A program made the translations under genes and the position numbers. 64,000 nt of DNA, from the sequence record MN655998.1, one strand, 5' to 3'. Below, piece after piece: positions 8,835 to 17,468 of this stretch. The number at the start of each line of letters is the position of its first letter. The first letter of the stretch is position 1. Source of the stretch: Escherichia phage E26. Under the pieces are notes generated by a model. That model ran no database searches, was not told the origin of the DNA, and saw only the letters and a program-made list of their open reading frames with translations.

Positions 8835-9233
8835 TCACTTTGCAAGTCTTATGCGTAGTTGTTCAAGATCATCTGGGTTATCTATTACTGAAAAGTAGAT
8901 TGATACTATGATTGAGTTATCGTCGTACTGCGGAGTTACTTCTACTGTCAGGTTTCGGACCCGTGGTTCATAGTTTCGGATCGCCTCATTGATGTTTTTT
9001 GATAAGGTATCCACTGTCAGTGGGTTCATGTTCTCAAACAGTGATTTATTGAGATCGCATCCAAACAGTGGATCAAATGGACGAGATCCCTTGCGAGTAG
9101 TAACGATCAGTAGAATAGAATCCTTAACCGCTTTAATCCCTATGTTCTTTTTAACGTCGTTATTCCACGATCTGGATATATTGAGATCCAAATCAGTATA
9201 CATCTGATTAATAGTTGCCATGTTATACCTCAA
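8835..9233 (-). CDS. 25: baseplate wedge subunit gp25
   Basis: 132 aa; TTRKGSRPFDPLFGCDL, NYEPR, FSVIDNPDD match T4 gp25. Confidence 0.92.
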   Translation of the reverse strand: MRYNMATINQMYTDLDLNISRSWNNDVKKNIGIKAVKDSILLIVTTRKGSRPFDPLFGCDLNKSLFENMNPLTVDTLSKNINEAIRNYEPRVRNLTVEVTPQYDDNSIIVSIYFSVIDNPDDLEQLRIRLAK

Positions 9234-9859
9234 AGAATTTTAAGGAAACTGGATAGACCTGATAATGAATATACACCAGATTCCCCGCATTCGCACTTGA
9301 TCGGTACTGCCAGCGTGATTTGATTTCTTGTTAGCTCGTCGATCACTTCTTCCACTTTATCCGTGGTAAGCATATCCAGCACGCGGTCAAAGTCCTGTGC
9401 GTTCAGGTCGTCTATATTGAATTGCTGATCGCCGATCACGATATATTCGATACATGCAATTACCATCTGCATAATATCAACATCTTCTGTAAACTTAGGT
9501 TGACGAAACTTGATTTTTACTTGTCCTAAGTCCAGAATATACGGTTCAACTTCTGGTATCTGTGTGCGTGAAACATCAAGAGAATATACTTTCTCTTTAT
9601 TGCATACACCGCATACCCAAGTAGCATCAATTTTCATCTTATTGAGGCTGTGACACCATAAGAGAAGAAAAATATATTCTGCTTCGCATTTCTCTAGCTC
9701 TAATGCATTGATCCCCGTACATTCATGTATGATCTCTATAACAACCTCTGACAGCTTGCCAGTCTCTTTTGCTGCTACCAGTTTTTGAAATTCGCCGAAG
9801 GTGAAAGCACGGGCGTGTATCAACTTTTCGCCTAATTGGATCTTGAAAAAGTATTGCAT
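9230..9859 (-). CDS. 26: baseplate hub subunit gp26
   Basis: 209 aa; position between 25 and 51; overlaps 25 by 4 nt; CxxC pairs. Confidence 0.75.
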   Translation of the reverse strand: MQYFFKIQLGEKLIHARAFTFGEFQKLVAAKETGKLSEVVIEIIHECTGINALELEKCEAEYIFLLLWCHSLNKMKIDATWVCGVCNKEKVYSLDVSRTQIPEVEPYILDLGQVKIKFRQPKFTEDVDIMQMVIACIEYIVIGDQQFNIDDLNAQDFDRVLDMLTTDKVEEVIDELTRNQITLAVPIKCECGESGVYSLSGLSSFLKIL

Positions 9860-9901
9860 AATAAAACACCCTTTATAAACACATAGAATTATTTAGTATT
9901 T

Positions 9902-9909
9902 TATAAATA
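9902..9909 (+). promoter_or_regulatory. T4-type late promoter TATAAATA for gene 51
   Basis: Exact TATAAATA about 21 nt upstream of the gp51 ATG. Confidence 0.55.
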
Positions 9910-9929
9910 CCCGAAAGGGGGATTATACC

Positions 9930-10700
9930 ATGAATATTATCCGAATAAAACTACCGGAAGGTGTGCAGAGATTTAAACCATTCACGGTAAAAGATTATAG
10001 AGATTTCCTTCTGGTGTCAACTGAAATTAAGATGAATCCAGAAGAAGAACAAACGATTCTTGATGAGCTATTAGAAGAAATATATCCAGAAGTAGATCCT
10101 GCATTTCGTGAATATATTTTCCTGAATGTCTTTACTAGTTCAATTGGTAAAACTAAGATACCGCTTTGTTTTACTTGCCCGACTTGCAACAAAGAAAGAA
10201 AAATGTTGCTTAACTTACAGATTGAAGCACTAAAACCAATCGTTCTGGAGGCCGCAGGGCTTAAAATAACTTTCCGGTATGTGAAACCATCAACCGACTA
10301 TGCAAAAACGTTTCTAGATGCGATAGAGCGTGTATCTGATGGTATTAATGATTATCTATGGACTGAATTACCGGAAGAAGTTAGAGAACAGGTTATCGAT
10401 TCAATCTCATTTGCTGAATTTGAAGAAGTTGTTAAGCAGATGCACACGATCAAGATCGAACAAAAGATATCTTGTTGTGAAAGTCATGATCTAAAATACA
10501 TAGGTCTTCTTCCATTATTCAAATTGTTGTTGAATCCAGATGAGTTATTCATCTTTTATCGAATAAACCATCTATTGGCAAAATCAAATTATTCTATCAG
10601 TGATCTTATGGATATGTTACCGATTGAGAGAAACATTGCATTGACACTGGTCGAGAAAGACGTAAAAGAGGCAAACAATGCAAAGAACGGGGTTTCCTAA
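9930..10700 (+). CDS. 51: baseplate hub assembly protein gp51
   Basis: 256 aa; position and size as T4 gp51; shares a CxxC-containing segment with gp26. Confidence 0.75.
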   Translation: MNIIRIKLPEGVQRFKPFTVKDYRDFLLVSTEIKMNPEEEQTILDELLEEIYPEVDPAFREYIFLNVFTSSIGKTKIPLCFTCPTCNKERKMLLNLQIEALKPIVLEAAGLKITFRYVKPSTDYAKTFLDAIERVSDGINDYLWTELPEEVREQVIDSISFAEFEEVVKQMHTIKIEQKISCCESHDLKYIGLLPLFKLLLNPDELFIFYRINHLLAKSNYSISDLMDMLPIERNIALTLVEKDVKEANNAKNGVS

Positions 10701-11787
10701 TGTCTCAATAAAACTTTATCAGGATTATGAGGCGTTTCTAAATCATCGCTTTATAGAGTTGGGTGCTACCTTTGTTACAATGACTCTGCGTGATTCGATC
10801 CGTGGGGTCAATGAAGGATTGTTGCAATTCTATGATAATAAAGCGATGCATACAAAATTAAACGGACGAGAGATTATTCAGATTTCGCTATCCACTGCCA
10901 ACACAGATGAAGTGTTCAACCGAATCTATGGGATCTCTCATAGTAATGTAACTATTGACCAAAAATCTGACAACATTTTAACATTCCAGTTAAAGAGCTA
11001 TCACGAAACACTAAACCTTAAATTTTCTCGCGCATTGACAAATAACGCTGTTAATAACGTAACCAGTATGATTGATGCCATCTATAAGGAAGTTCCTTTA
11101 TGGAAACCTACTATAAAGGGCGATAACGTTGTTATTCCTCGTTGCCCGTGGGTTAGTACCATAAATGACTATATGGATTTTGTTAGGGCATACGGGCAAA
11201 GCGTAGAAACCGAGTCTTTCGTGTATTGCTGGGAAGATTTTGATGGTATAACGATCGCTGGACACGATACAATATTAAAAAATGAGCCAATACCAGCTAT
11301 AATCTGTGAGCCTAGACTCATGGGGCAATTTATTGATATGTCGCCTAATCTGATGGTTTTTAATTTCGAGTGGCAGACTAAGAGCAATGCTAAAGTTAAA
11401 AATTCATTTAGCAATGTGACATACACAACTATTGATTTTGTTACTAAGCAGTATAATAAAATTGTTGTTGGTAATGGGGATAATATTGCACACTTTGCTC
11501 ATGGTGGCGCTTATGGTAATTTAACTTATAAGAATGCGTTTTTGGAAGGTTCTAAACTTGCCATAATAGAACAATATGATTCATATGCTACCGCCGTGTG
11601 TCACGGTAATTTTTCGTTGCGCCCCGGTATGGTTATTCGATTCTTTGATGAGAAACAACAAGCACGCAATGATTTTATTGTTGACGAAGTTGTGCATGAA
11701 ATTAGCCGAGAGCAATCATTAACTCACCTGTATATGATCGGTAACAGCGAAGAATTACAGGAAGTAAAATTTGAAGGTAAGATATAA
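10678..11787 (+). CDS. 27: baseplate hub subunit gp27
   Basis: 369 aa; synteny 51-27-28-29; size close to T4 gp27. Confidence 0.8.
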   Translation: MQRTGFPNVSIKLYQDYEAFLNHRFIELGATFVTMTLRDSIRGVNEGLLQFYDNKAMHTKLNGREIIQISLSTANTDEVFNRIYGISHSNVTIDQKSDNILTFQLKSYHETLNLKFSRALTNNAVNNVTSMIDAIYKEVPLWKPTIKGDNVVIPRCPWVSTINDYMDFVRAYGQSVETESFVYCWEDFDGITIAGHDTILKNEPIPAIICEPRLMGQFIDMSPNLMVFNFEWQTKSNAKVKNSFSNVTYTTIDFVTKQYNKIVVGNGDNIAHFAHGGAYGNLTYKNAFLEGSKLAIIEQYDSYATAVCHGNFSLRPGMVIRFFDEKQQARNDFIVDEVVHEISREQSLTHLYMIGNSEELQEVKFEGKI

Positions 11788-12305
11788 TGACAGAAACTAA
11801 ACCTATGTTAAAATTTGTTGTTCCTGTAAAAAAATTAGAGATAAACGGGAAACATATTAAGATCCCAAAAATGGGGATTAAGCAACATCGATTATTAAAA
11901 GATGTTCGTAGCTGTGATGAAACATTAAAGATTCTTCTTGATTCAATCTGTCCTGGGTTAAACGCTGCCGAGTCTGAATTGGTTATGCTTAACCTTTGTG
12001 CGTTTAATGGTAAGTGTCTGGAAGAAAAAGATGGTCTTAAGCTGTCTGATGTGTATATTTGTACAGAGACCGAATTTACTTTAAATGGTAAAGTCTTTAA
12101 ATTTAAAAATCCAATGTATACTTCTGACCCCATTATCGATGACGCTGATTTCTTGAGTCATCATTATCACGATCCTAGCGTAGACTTCCATGATTTCCCA
12201 GCTTTTATTATGGATTGGGCTACAGGATTAAGAAAAACTATTGCACTGGATACACCGGAAGGTACTATCTATGGTGGAATTAACATATTGGATCGCCTAT
12301 CATGA
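11787..12305 (+). CDS. 28: baseplate hub distal subunit gp28
   Basis: 172 aa; synteny and size as T4 gp28. Confidence 0.75.
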   Translation: MTETKPMLKFVVPVKKLEINGKHIKIPKMGIKQHRLLKDVRSCDETLKILLDSICPGLNAAESELVMLNLCAFNGKCLEEKDGLKLSDVYICTETEFTLNGKVFKFKNPMYTSDPIIDDADFLSHHYHDPSVDFHDFPAFIMDWATGLRKTIALDTPEGTIYGGINILDRLS

Positions 12306-14035
12306 ATGACGCATTAACATCATTTCGCGGGATGCGCAAGGAAGCGGAAGAAAACCCGATTGATAAACTTAACAAATTAGATAAACTTGATTCTATTGAT
12401 AATTTGCAAGCCGCTACCGAATTGGTGGCAGAGACAGTAGAACAAAAATCTAATGAAGTTGTTGGTGCGGTAGAGGATAACACCGCAGCCAATGAATTGA
12501 CGGCAGAGAATACCCAATCTACCGCTGGCAATACCCAAAAAACTTATGAAGAATTGCAAAAACTCAATAATTTCTCTTCTCAGATGAATGAGAAATTACG
12601 TGGTTTTGGTGTTATGATGGAACGTAGATTTGGTGTTGTCAGTAAAATGGCTAGCGGTATTGGTGCGATTGAAGAAGCACTGAAAAAACCGGAACAACCG
12701 CAAACAATGCCATCACCTCAGCCAGTTTTGCCTACTGTACCGGAACAGCCTAATAATGACAACTATCAAGGTCTTCCAAAGAAAAAACCAGATGTTGAGG
12801 AACGGAAGAAAAAGAACGCCGCAGATAAGCGTAATGCGGATTCTATGGAAAATCTTCTTAAAGTTGTTCGTGGAGGATTTAAAGAAACCATAGGCATCTC
12901 TAATAAGGTCTTAGGGATGTTATTTAAGATCACCTTGACCGCTATGGCAGAAGCCGCAAAATGGGGCGCTATTTTGATGGGTATTGTTTTTGCCATCGAT
13001 ACCCTTATGATTCATTTCAGATATTGGAGTGATTTATTCGAAACACAATTCGATGAATTTATGGATAAGGCCGGAGAATGGGCTGGACCAATTAGTGATA
13101 TTCTAACAACTATTCGTCAAGTTCGAGATTATTGGTCTAAAGGTGAATATGGAGAATTAATTAAATCGCTGGTTATGGGTATTGGTGATGCATTCTATAA
13201 AACCTTTATCCAACTTGATCGAATTATCACTACTGGTATTGCTAAAATTCTTCGCATGATCCCTGGTATGGGTGATTATGCCGATAAGTTAGAATATGGT
13301 GCTTTAAAATCTGCTGTCGCTCAAGGCTATACGCCAAATGAAAGAGAACTCGAATTAATGGATAAGGTCGAGTCTGAACACGAAGAGGACAAATACGGGG
13401 AGCGCACAGGGTGGACCGGAAAAGCCCGTGATATTGGCGAAGCTATTGGGGATTCTATTAAGGATAAAGTTAACGAAGGTCTTGTTAGTCTGGGTTGGAG
13501 AGATCAAAAGGATGTTGACGCAGAGAAACGACAAGAAGAGTTAAAGCGCGGGGAATACAAGTCTGTTTCTGCTGAACAACGATCTGCTAGTCGTAAACTT
13601 AAAATTAAAAGCGAGGGAGCGATCAATAATATTAATGAAGTTATGGAGAATTTGAGCGGTGACTATGACAAAGAAAGAATGGGAGAGTTGAAAAAGGATA
13701 TTGATGTTTACCGTGAGAAAGTTCAAGATCCTACATTAGTTGAAAGTGATCGTTCTCAGTTAGAGCGTCTTATTGAAAAATTTGATGAGATGTATGCTGA
13801 TAAAACTAAGGGTGTTGTGCAAACACAGCCAGTTCCGGCAACTGAAACGGAAACAGCAAAACAAGCGGAGCGTACTGAACAAATGCAGAAACAAGCTGCA
13901 ATCCAGCAACAAACGACAAATCAGACCTCAAACGTAAATAATACACAAATTGTAACAAACAATAGAACTATTAAACAGGGTGCACCAACAACTAGAATTG
14001 ATGCCCCCGGTACAATTAATATGGGGAACTTTTAA
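12302..14035 (+). CDS. 29: baseplate hub subunit and tail length determinator gp29
   Basis: 577 aa; tape-measure-like low-complexity helical protein in the T4 gp29 position. Confidence 0.8.
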   Translation: MNDALTSFRGMRKEAEENPIDKLNKLDKLDSIDNLQAATELVAETVEQKSNEVVGAVEDNTAANELTAENTQSTAGNTQKTYEELQKLNNFSSQMNEKLRGFGVMMERRFGVVSKMASGIGAIEEALKKPEQPQTMPSPQPVLPTVPEQPNNDNYQGLPKKKPDVEERKKKNAADKRNADSMENLLKVVRGGFKETIGISNKVLGMLFKITLTAMAEAAKWGAILMGIVFAIDTLMIHFRYWSDLFETQFDEFMDKAGEWAGPISDILTTIRQVRDYWSKGEYGELIKSLVMGIGDAFYKTFIQLDRIITTGIAKILRMIPGMGDYADKLEYGALKSAVAQGYTPNERELELMDKVESEHEEDKYGERTGWTGKARDIGEAIGDSIKDKVNEGLVSLGWRDQKDVDAEKRQEELKRGEYKSVSAEQRSASRKLKIKSEGAINNINEVMENLSGDYDKERMGELKKDIDVYREKVQDPTLVESDRSQLERLIEKFDEMYADKTKGVVQTQPVPATETETAKQAERTEQMQKQAAIQQQTTNQTSNVNNTQIVTNNRTIKQGAPTTRIDAPGTINMGNF

Positions 14036-15093
14036 TGAAAATTAGTGTTATCAATGATGCCGTTGATAGCTTTAAAGCGGGGGTTAAAACCTCCGCTGGT
14101 TTTACCTCAAAAAATAAAGGGAAAACATTAACCGCTCAATTCCCCGCTGAACGTGCTAGCGGTAATGATGCTAGCGGTTATTATATCAACGACTTATATA
14201 ATAATGGTCTGTTATTCACTGCATACGATTATACATCTCGTACTACTGGATCGTTGCGTGATTTCAGGAAAAAGAAAAATGTTGCTAGCGGTTTTGGCGG
14301 TAGCGTTAATATCGCTGGTTTTGATTTAAATTTGGGTGGGAGAAATGCTGCATTTGACCGAGAGGCAATTGCTAATATTCTTCTTCCTCGTAGTCAATCT
14401 GACGTTGACGCTGCTAGCCATAAGTTTAATGATGTTGGTGAATCTGTCATTTCTCGCGGCGGTGGTACTTTAGGCGGTGCTCTTTCTAATATGGCATCTA
14501 CTGCCGTTTTTGGTGGTATCGAAAGTATTACTGGTGGATACCTTGCCGATCACGGTGAACAGATTTATAATACTGCGCGAAGCATGTATGCGGGTGCTGA
14601 CGCACGAACTAAAAACTACGTATGGCATCTAACCCCACGTAGTATTGAAGACCTTCGCAATATTCTGATCATATACGAAACGTTTTTAGAATTGTCTTAT
14701 GGTTCTAGTGGTATTTCCAGCACCGCAAAAGAATTAAAAGCGGAAGTTGATGCGTGGTATAAAAATACACTATTGAGAAAATCCACCCCAGAGGAAGCGA
14801 AGAGAAATGATACTCTGTTTGAAGGGATCACCGATTTTCTATCAAACGCAATTACTGTATCTAACCCGACAATATGGATGATCTCTAACTTCGGTAAGCG
14901 TACATCGTTTGAAGGGCGTAGCGATGTATTTGGTCCCGCTCAGATCTCAAGTGTACGTCTGGACAAGTCGCCTGATGGTAAGTTTAATGGCCTTGCTATT
15001 TCTCCTAACTTGCCGAGTACCTTTGTTCTGGAAGTATCATTTAGAGAGATCTTGACACTTTCCCGTGGTACTATATTTGGGAGTGCGGCATAA
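14035..15093 (+). CDS. 48: baseplate tail tube cap gp48
   Basis: 352 aa; synteny and size as T4 gp48. Confidence 0.8.
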   Translation: MKISVINDAVDSFKAGVKTSAGFTSKNKGKTLTAQFPAERASGNDASGYYINDLYNNGLLFTAYDYTSRTTGSLRDFRKKKNVASGFGGSVNIAGFDLNLGGRNAAFDREAIANILLPRSQSDVDAASHKFNDVGESVISRGGGTLGGALSNMASTAVFGGIESITGGYLADHGEQIYNTARSMYAGADARTKNYVWHLTPRSIEDLRNILIIYETFLELSYGSSGISSTAKELKAEVDAWYKNTLLRKSTPEEAKRNDTLFEGITDFLSNAITVSNPTIWMISNFGKRTSFEGRSDVFGPAQISSVRLDKSPDGKFNGLAISPNLPSTFVLEVSFREILTLSRGTIFGSAA

Positions 15094-16025
15094 TGTTTGA
15101 TTTAAATGACTTTAACGAACAAGCCGCTAACCTTGACTTTCAGCGATCTAACTTATTCAGCGTGGCATTTGCCACCACTCCAAGTAATAAGACACAAGCG
15201 ATCCTAGAAAGTATGGGCGGTGCGGTATATGATATTATACCAAATGCATTAAATGACTATTTCGGGATTACTCGTGGTGATTATACTGACGCATTAACAA
15301 ATCTTGCTGTACAGGGTGTTAGGCGTGCTGTTGATTCATCTGGTGTCAAAAAGTATCTTTTAGGTGCAATGTCATCCCGCGTAGTTCAATCTCTTCTGGG
15401 GCAATTTGATGTTGGTACATATGCGCTTGACTGGTTCAATATGGCATATAAGACAAGCGGTCTTCTGGTGTATGCTGTTAAGGTTCCAGAAAACAGATTG
15501 AATTATGAAATGGACCGTAACCACAATGCGCCAAACATTCGAATTACCGGACGTGATTTCGATCCGCTTGTATTGAGCTTTAGAATGGACTCTAGCGCAT
15601 CAAACTATCGAGCAATGCAGGATTGGGTTAACTCAGTAGAAGACCCCGTTACAGGGCTTCGTGCGCTTCCTGTTGACGTTGAAGCAGATATTCAGGTCAA
15701 CTTACATAACCGAATGGGAGTTCCTCACACGATCATGATGTTTAATGGTTGTGTTCCTGTTGGTGTGAGTGCACCGGAATTAAACTATGAAAACAACAAC
15801 GAAATCACAACATTCGATGTTACTTTCGCATATCGTTCTATGCAAACTGGTGCTGTAGGAGAGCAAGCCGCGCGAGAATGGATTGAGGATAAGGCAATAA
15901 ACGCAATAACAAACACGTTCGGCAATAATTTACTTGATAGTGGGTTATCTGCTGCTGGTAATGCTTTATCGCGTCTAAATGGCGTTGGTGGGCGTGTGGT
16001 GAATACTGTCACTAACTGGTTCTGA
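15093..16025 (+). CDS. 54: baseplate tail tube initiator gp54
   Basis: 310 aa; synteny and size as T4 gp54. Confidence 0.8.
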   Translation: MFDLNDFNEQAANLDFQRSNLFSVAFATTPSNKTQAILESMGGAVYDIIPNALNDYFGITRGDYTDALTNLAVQGVRRAVDSSGVKKYLLGAMSSRVVQSLLGQFDVGTYALDWFNMAYKTSGLLVYAVKVPENRLNYEMDRNHNAPNIRITGRDFDPLVLSFRMDSSASNYRAMQDWVNSVEDPVTGLRALPVDVEADIQVNLHNRMGVPHTIMMFNGCVPVGVSAPELNYENNNEITTFDVTFAYRSMQTGAVGEQAAREWIEDKAINAITNTFGNNLLDSGLSAAGNALSRLNGVGGRVVNTVTNWF

Positions 16026-16035
16026 TAAGCGAAAG

Positions 16036-16060
16036 GCGGGGATAATCCCCGCCTTTTTAT
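16036..16060 (+). terminator. Rho-independent terminator after gene 54
   Basis: GGCGGGGA-TAA-TCCCCGCC hairpin followed by TTTTTATTT. Confidence 0.65.
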
Positions 16061-16569
16061 TTGATTAAATCATCACATTGTTTGCGTAGTTTATAGCGAT
16101 ACTGTTTTGATTGTAGCAATTGAAGTTTTTCATAATCCCCTTCCTCATATGCAGCCGAAAGATCATCTTGATATGCTGCTTCCGTCCCGATTACACATAC
16201 TCCAAATTTTCTACGACGGTCGGCATCTTCCATTGCTTTGCGATTCATTTCTTCAATTGAATTTTCATGACCATAATAATATTCGTAAATGCGTTTCTTC
16301 TCTGCTTCTTTATCTGCCTTAATCTTTGCGATCTGTTCTGCTGATTCCGGTTGACGACCTAAACGCTGTAATGAGGCGTCTTTCTTTTCAAGGTAGTCAA
16401 TCACGCAATCTTCAACGCTATTAAATGGAAAACGTGACTCTTTCTGCCATCGTTCACATGACCGTACAAACTCGTGTGTATTCTTAGATGCAAGTGCCAG
16501 ATCATGCACAGCGCACCCATTAAGCATAGCCACTAAAGCCGCAAGACCAATCAGTTTAATCATTTTCAT
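16057..16569 (-). CDS. predicted lipoprotein
   Basis: 170 aa; signal peptide MKMIKLIGLAALVAMLNGC with lipobox-like LNGC; ATGA start-stop overlap with upstream Alt-like gene. Confidence 0.6.
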   Translation of the reverse strand: MKMIKLIGLAALVAMLNGCAVHDLALASKNTHEFVRSCERWQKESRFPFNSVEDCVIDYLEKKDASLQRLGRQPESAEQIAKIKADKEAEKKRIYEYYYGHENSIEEMNRKAMEDADRRRKFGVCVIGTEAAYQDDLSAAYEEGDYEKLQLLQSKQYRYKLRKQCDDLIK

Positions 16570-17390
16570 TTAGTCACCTCACCGAAAATTGTAAATTGTC
16601 TACGATTCTCATCACCGAAAGATTCTACTACGTCGTTTACCTTGACGCAAGTCCCGCGCGGTAAAATTACTTCACATTCGCAAGGATTCCATGCAATTGA
16701 CCCAACAACAAAACCTTTATGATCTTTTACGTCAATTACCCACGATACATTACAAGAATGTTGCATCTTTCCGGTCATGGATTCATATCGATTCTCACAA
16801 TAAAGGCTAGTGCTGTTTGATAGCCAGCCTCCAAAGATGATCGGTGTCATGCTGGTTGACACAAAGTTTTTAAAGGTAAATTCCTTATCTTCAATAATAC
16901 GCTCTATTGTCTGAATGTCAAGATGTTGACCGCGATAAAGAGTACCGTTTAACTTTTCGGTTTTATCCATGACGCAATCCATCAAATCAACAATCTCTGA
17001 TATCTCATCGGTCATGTCTTCTTCCCCTAAGAGAGCACCATTTACCCATTCGTATTGTTCAGACACATAATCACAGATTGCATTATATTCTGCTGGGGTT
17101 ATGTTGTTATGTTTGTAATGTTTGAATACATTATCTCCAAAGTCTTCGGAGTGTACTTCATACATCACATTAATGATTTTCTTGACAAATCCATAATCTT
17201 GTGTCTCACGCTCAAGGAAGCGGATAACCTTCACATAATCATCAAAGTTAATCTGATCGCTGATCATCTCAGTGATCATGTAACCATTAATCCCCTCAAT
17301 GTCATATGTTTCGATGTAATTATCCATACGTTCCATCATTGATTCGCGTGATTCTTCTGAAAGACGAAAATCCTGTAATTTCTTGAACAT
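16566..17390 (-). CDS. Alt-like ADP-ribosyltransferase paralog (catalytic domain only)
   Basis: 274 aa; R-S-E ART motifs LYRGQHLD, FVSTS, ECEVILPRG, parallel to those in the adjacent Alt. Confidence 0.7.
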   Translation of the reverse strand: MFKKLQDFRLSEESRESMMERMDNYIETYDIEGINGYMITEMISDQINFDDYVKVIRFLERETQDYGFVKKIINVMYEVHSEDFGDNVFKHYKHNNITPAEYNAICDYVSEQYEWVNGALLGEEDMTDEISEIVDLMDCVMDKTEKLNGTLYRGQHLDIQTIERIIEDKEFTFKNFVSTSMTPIIFGGWLSNSTSLYCENRYESMTGKMQHSCNVSWVIDVKDHKGFVVGSIAWNPCECEVILPRGTCVKVNDVVESFGDENRRQFTIFGEVTK

Positions 17391-17409
17391 TTTAAGCCTC
17401 CCATATAAC

Positions 17410-17442
17410 AGAAAACGGGGCTAGTATAAAACTAGTCCCCGT
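17410..17442 (-). terminator. Rho-independent terminator (minus strand) after alt
   Basis: ACGGGGCTAGT/ACTAGTCCCCGT inverted repeat; U-run on minus strand. Confidence 0.55.
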
Positions 17443-17468
17443 TTGAGTCAACCATTATTTCTTAAAAA

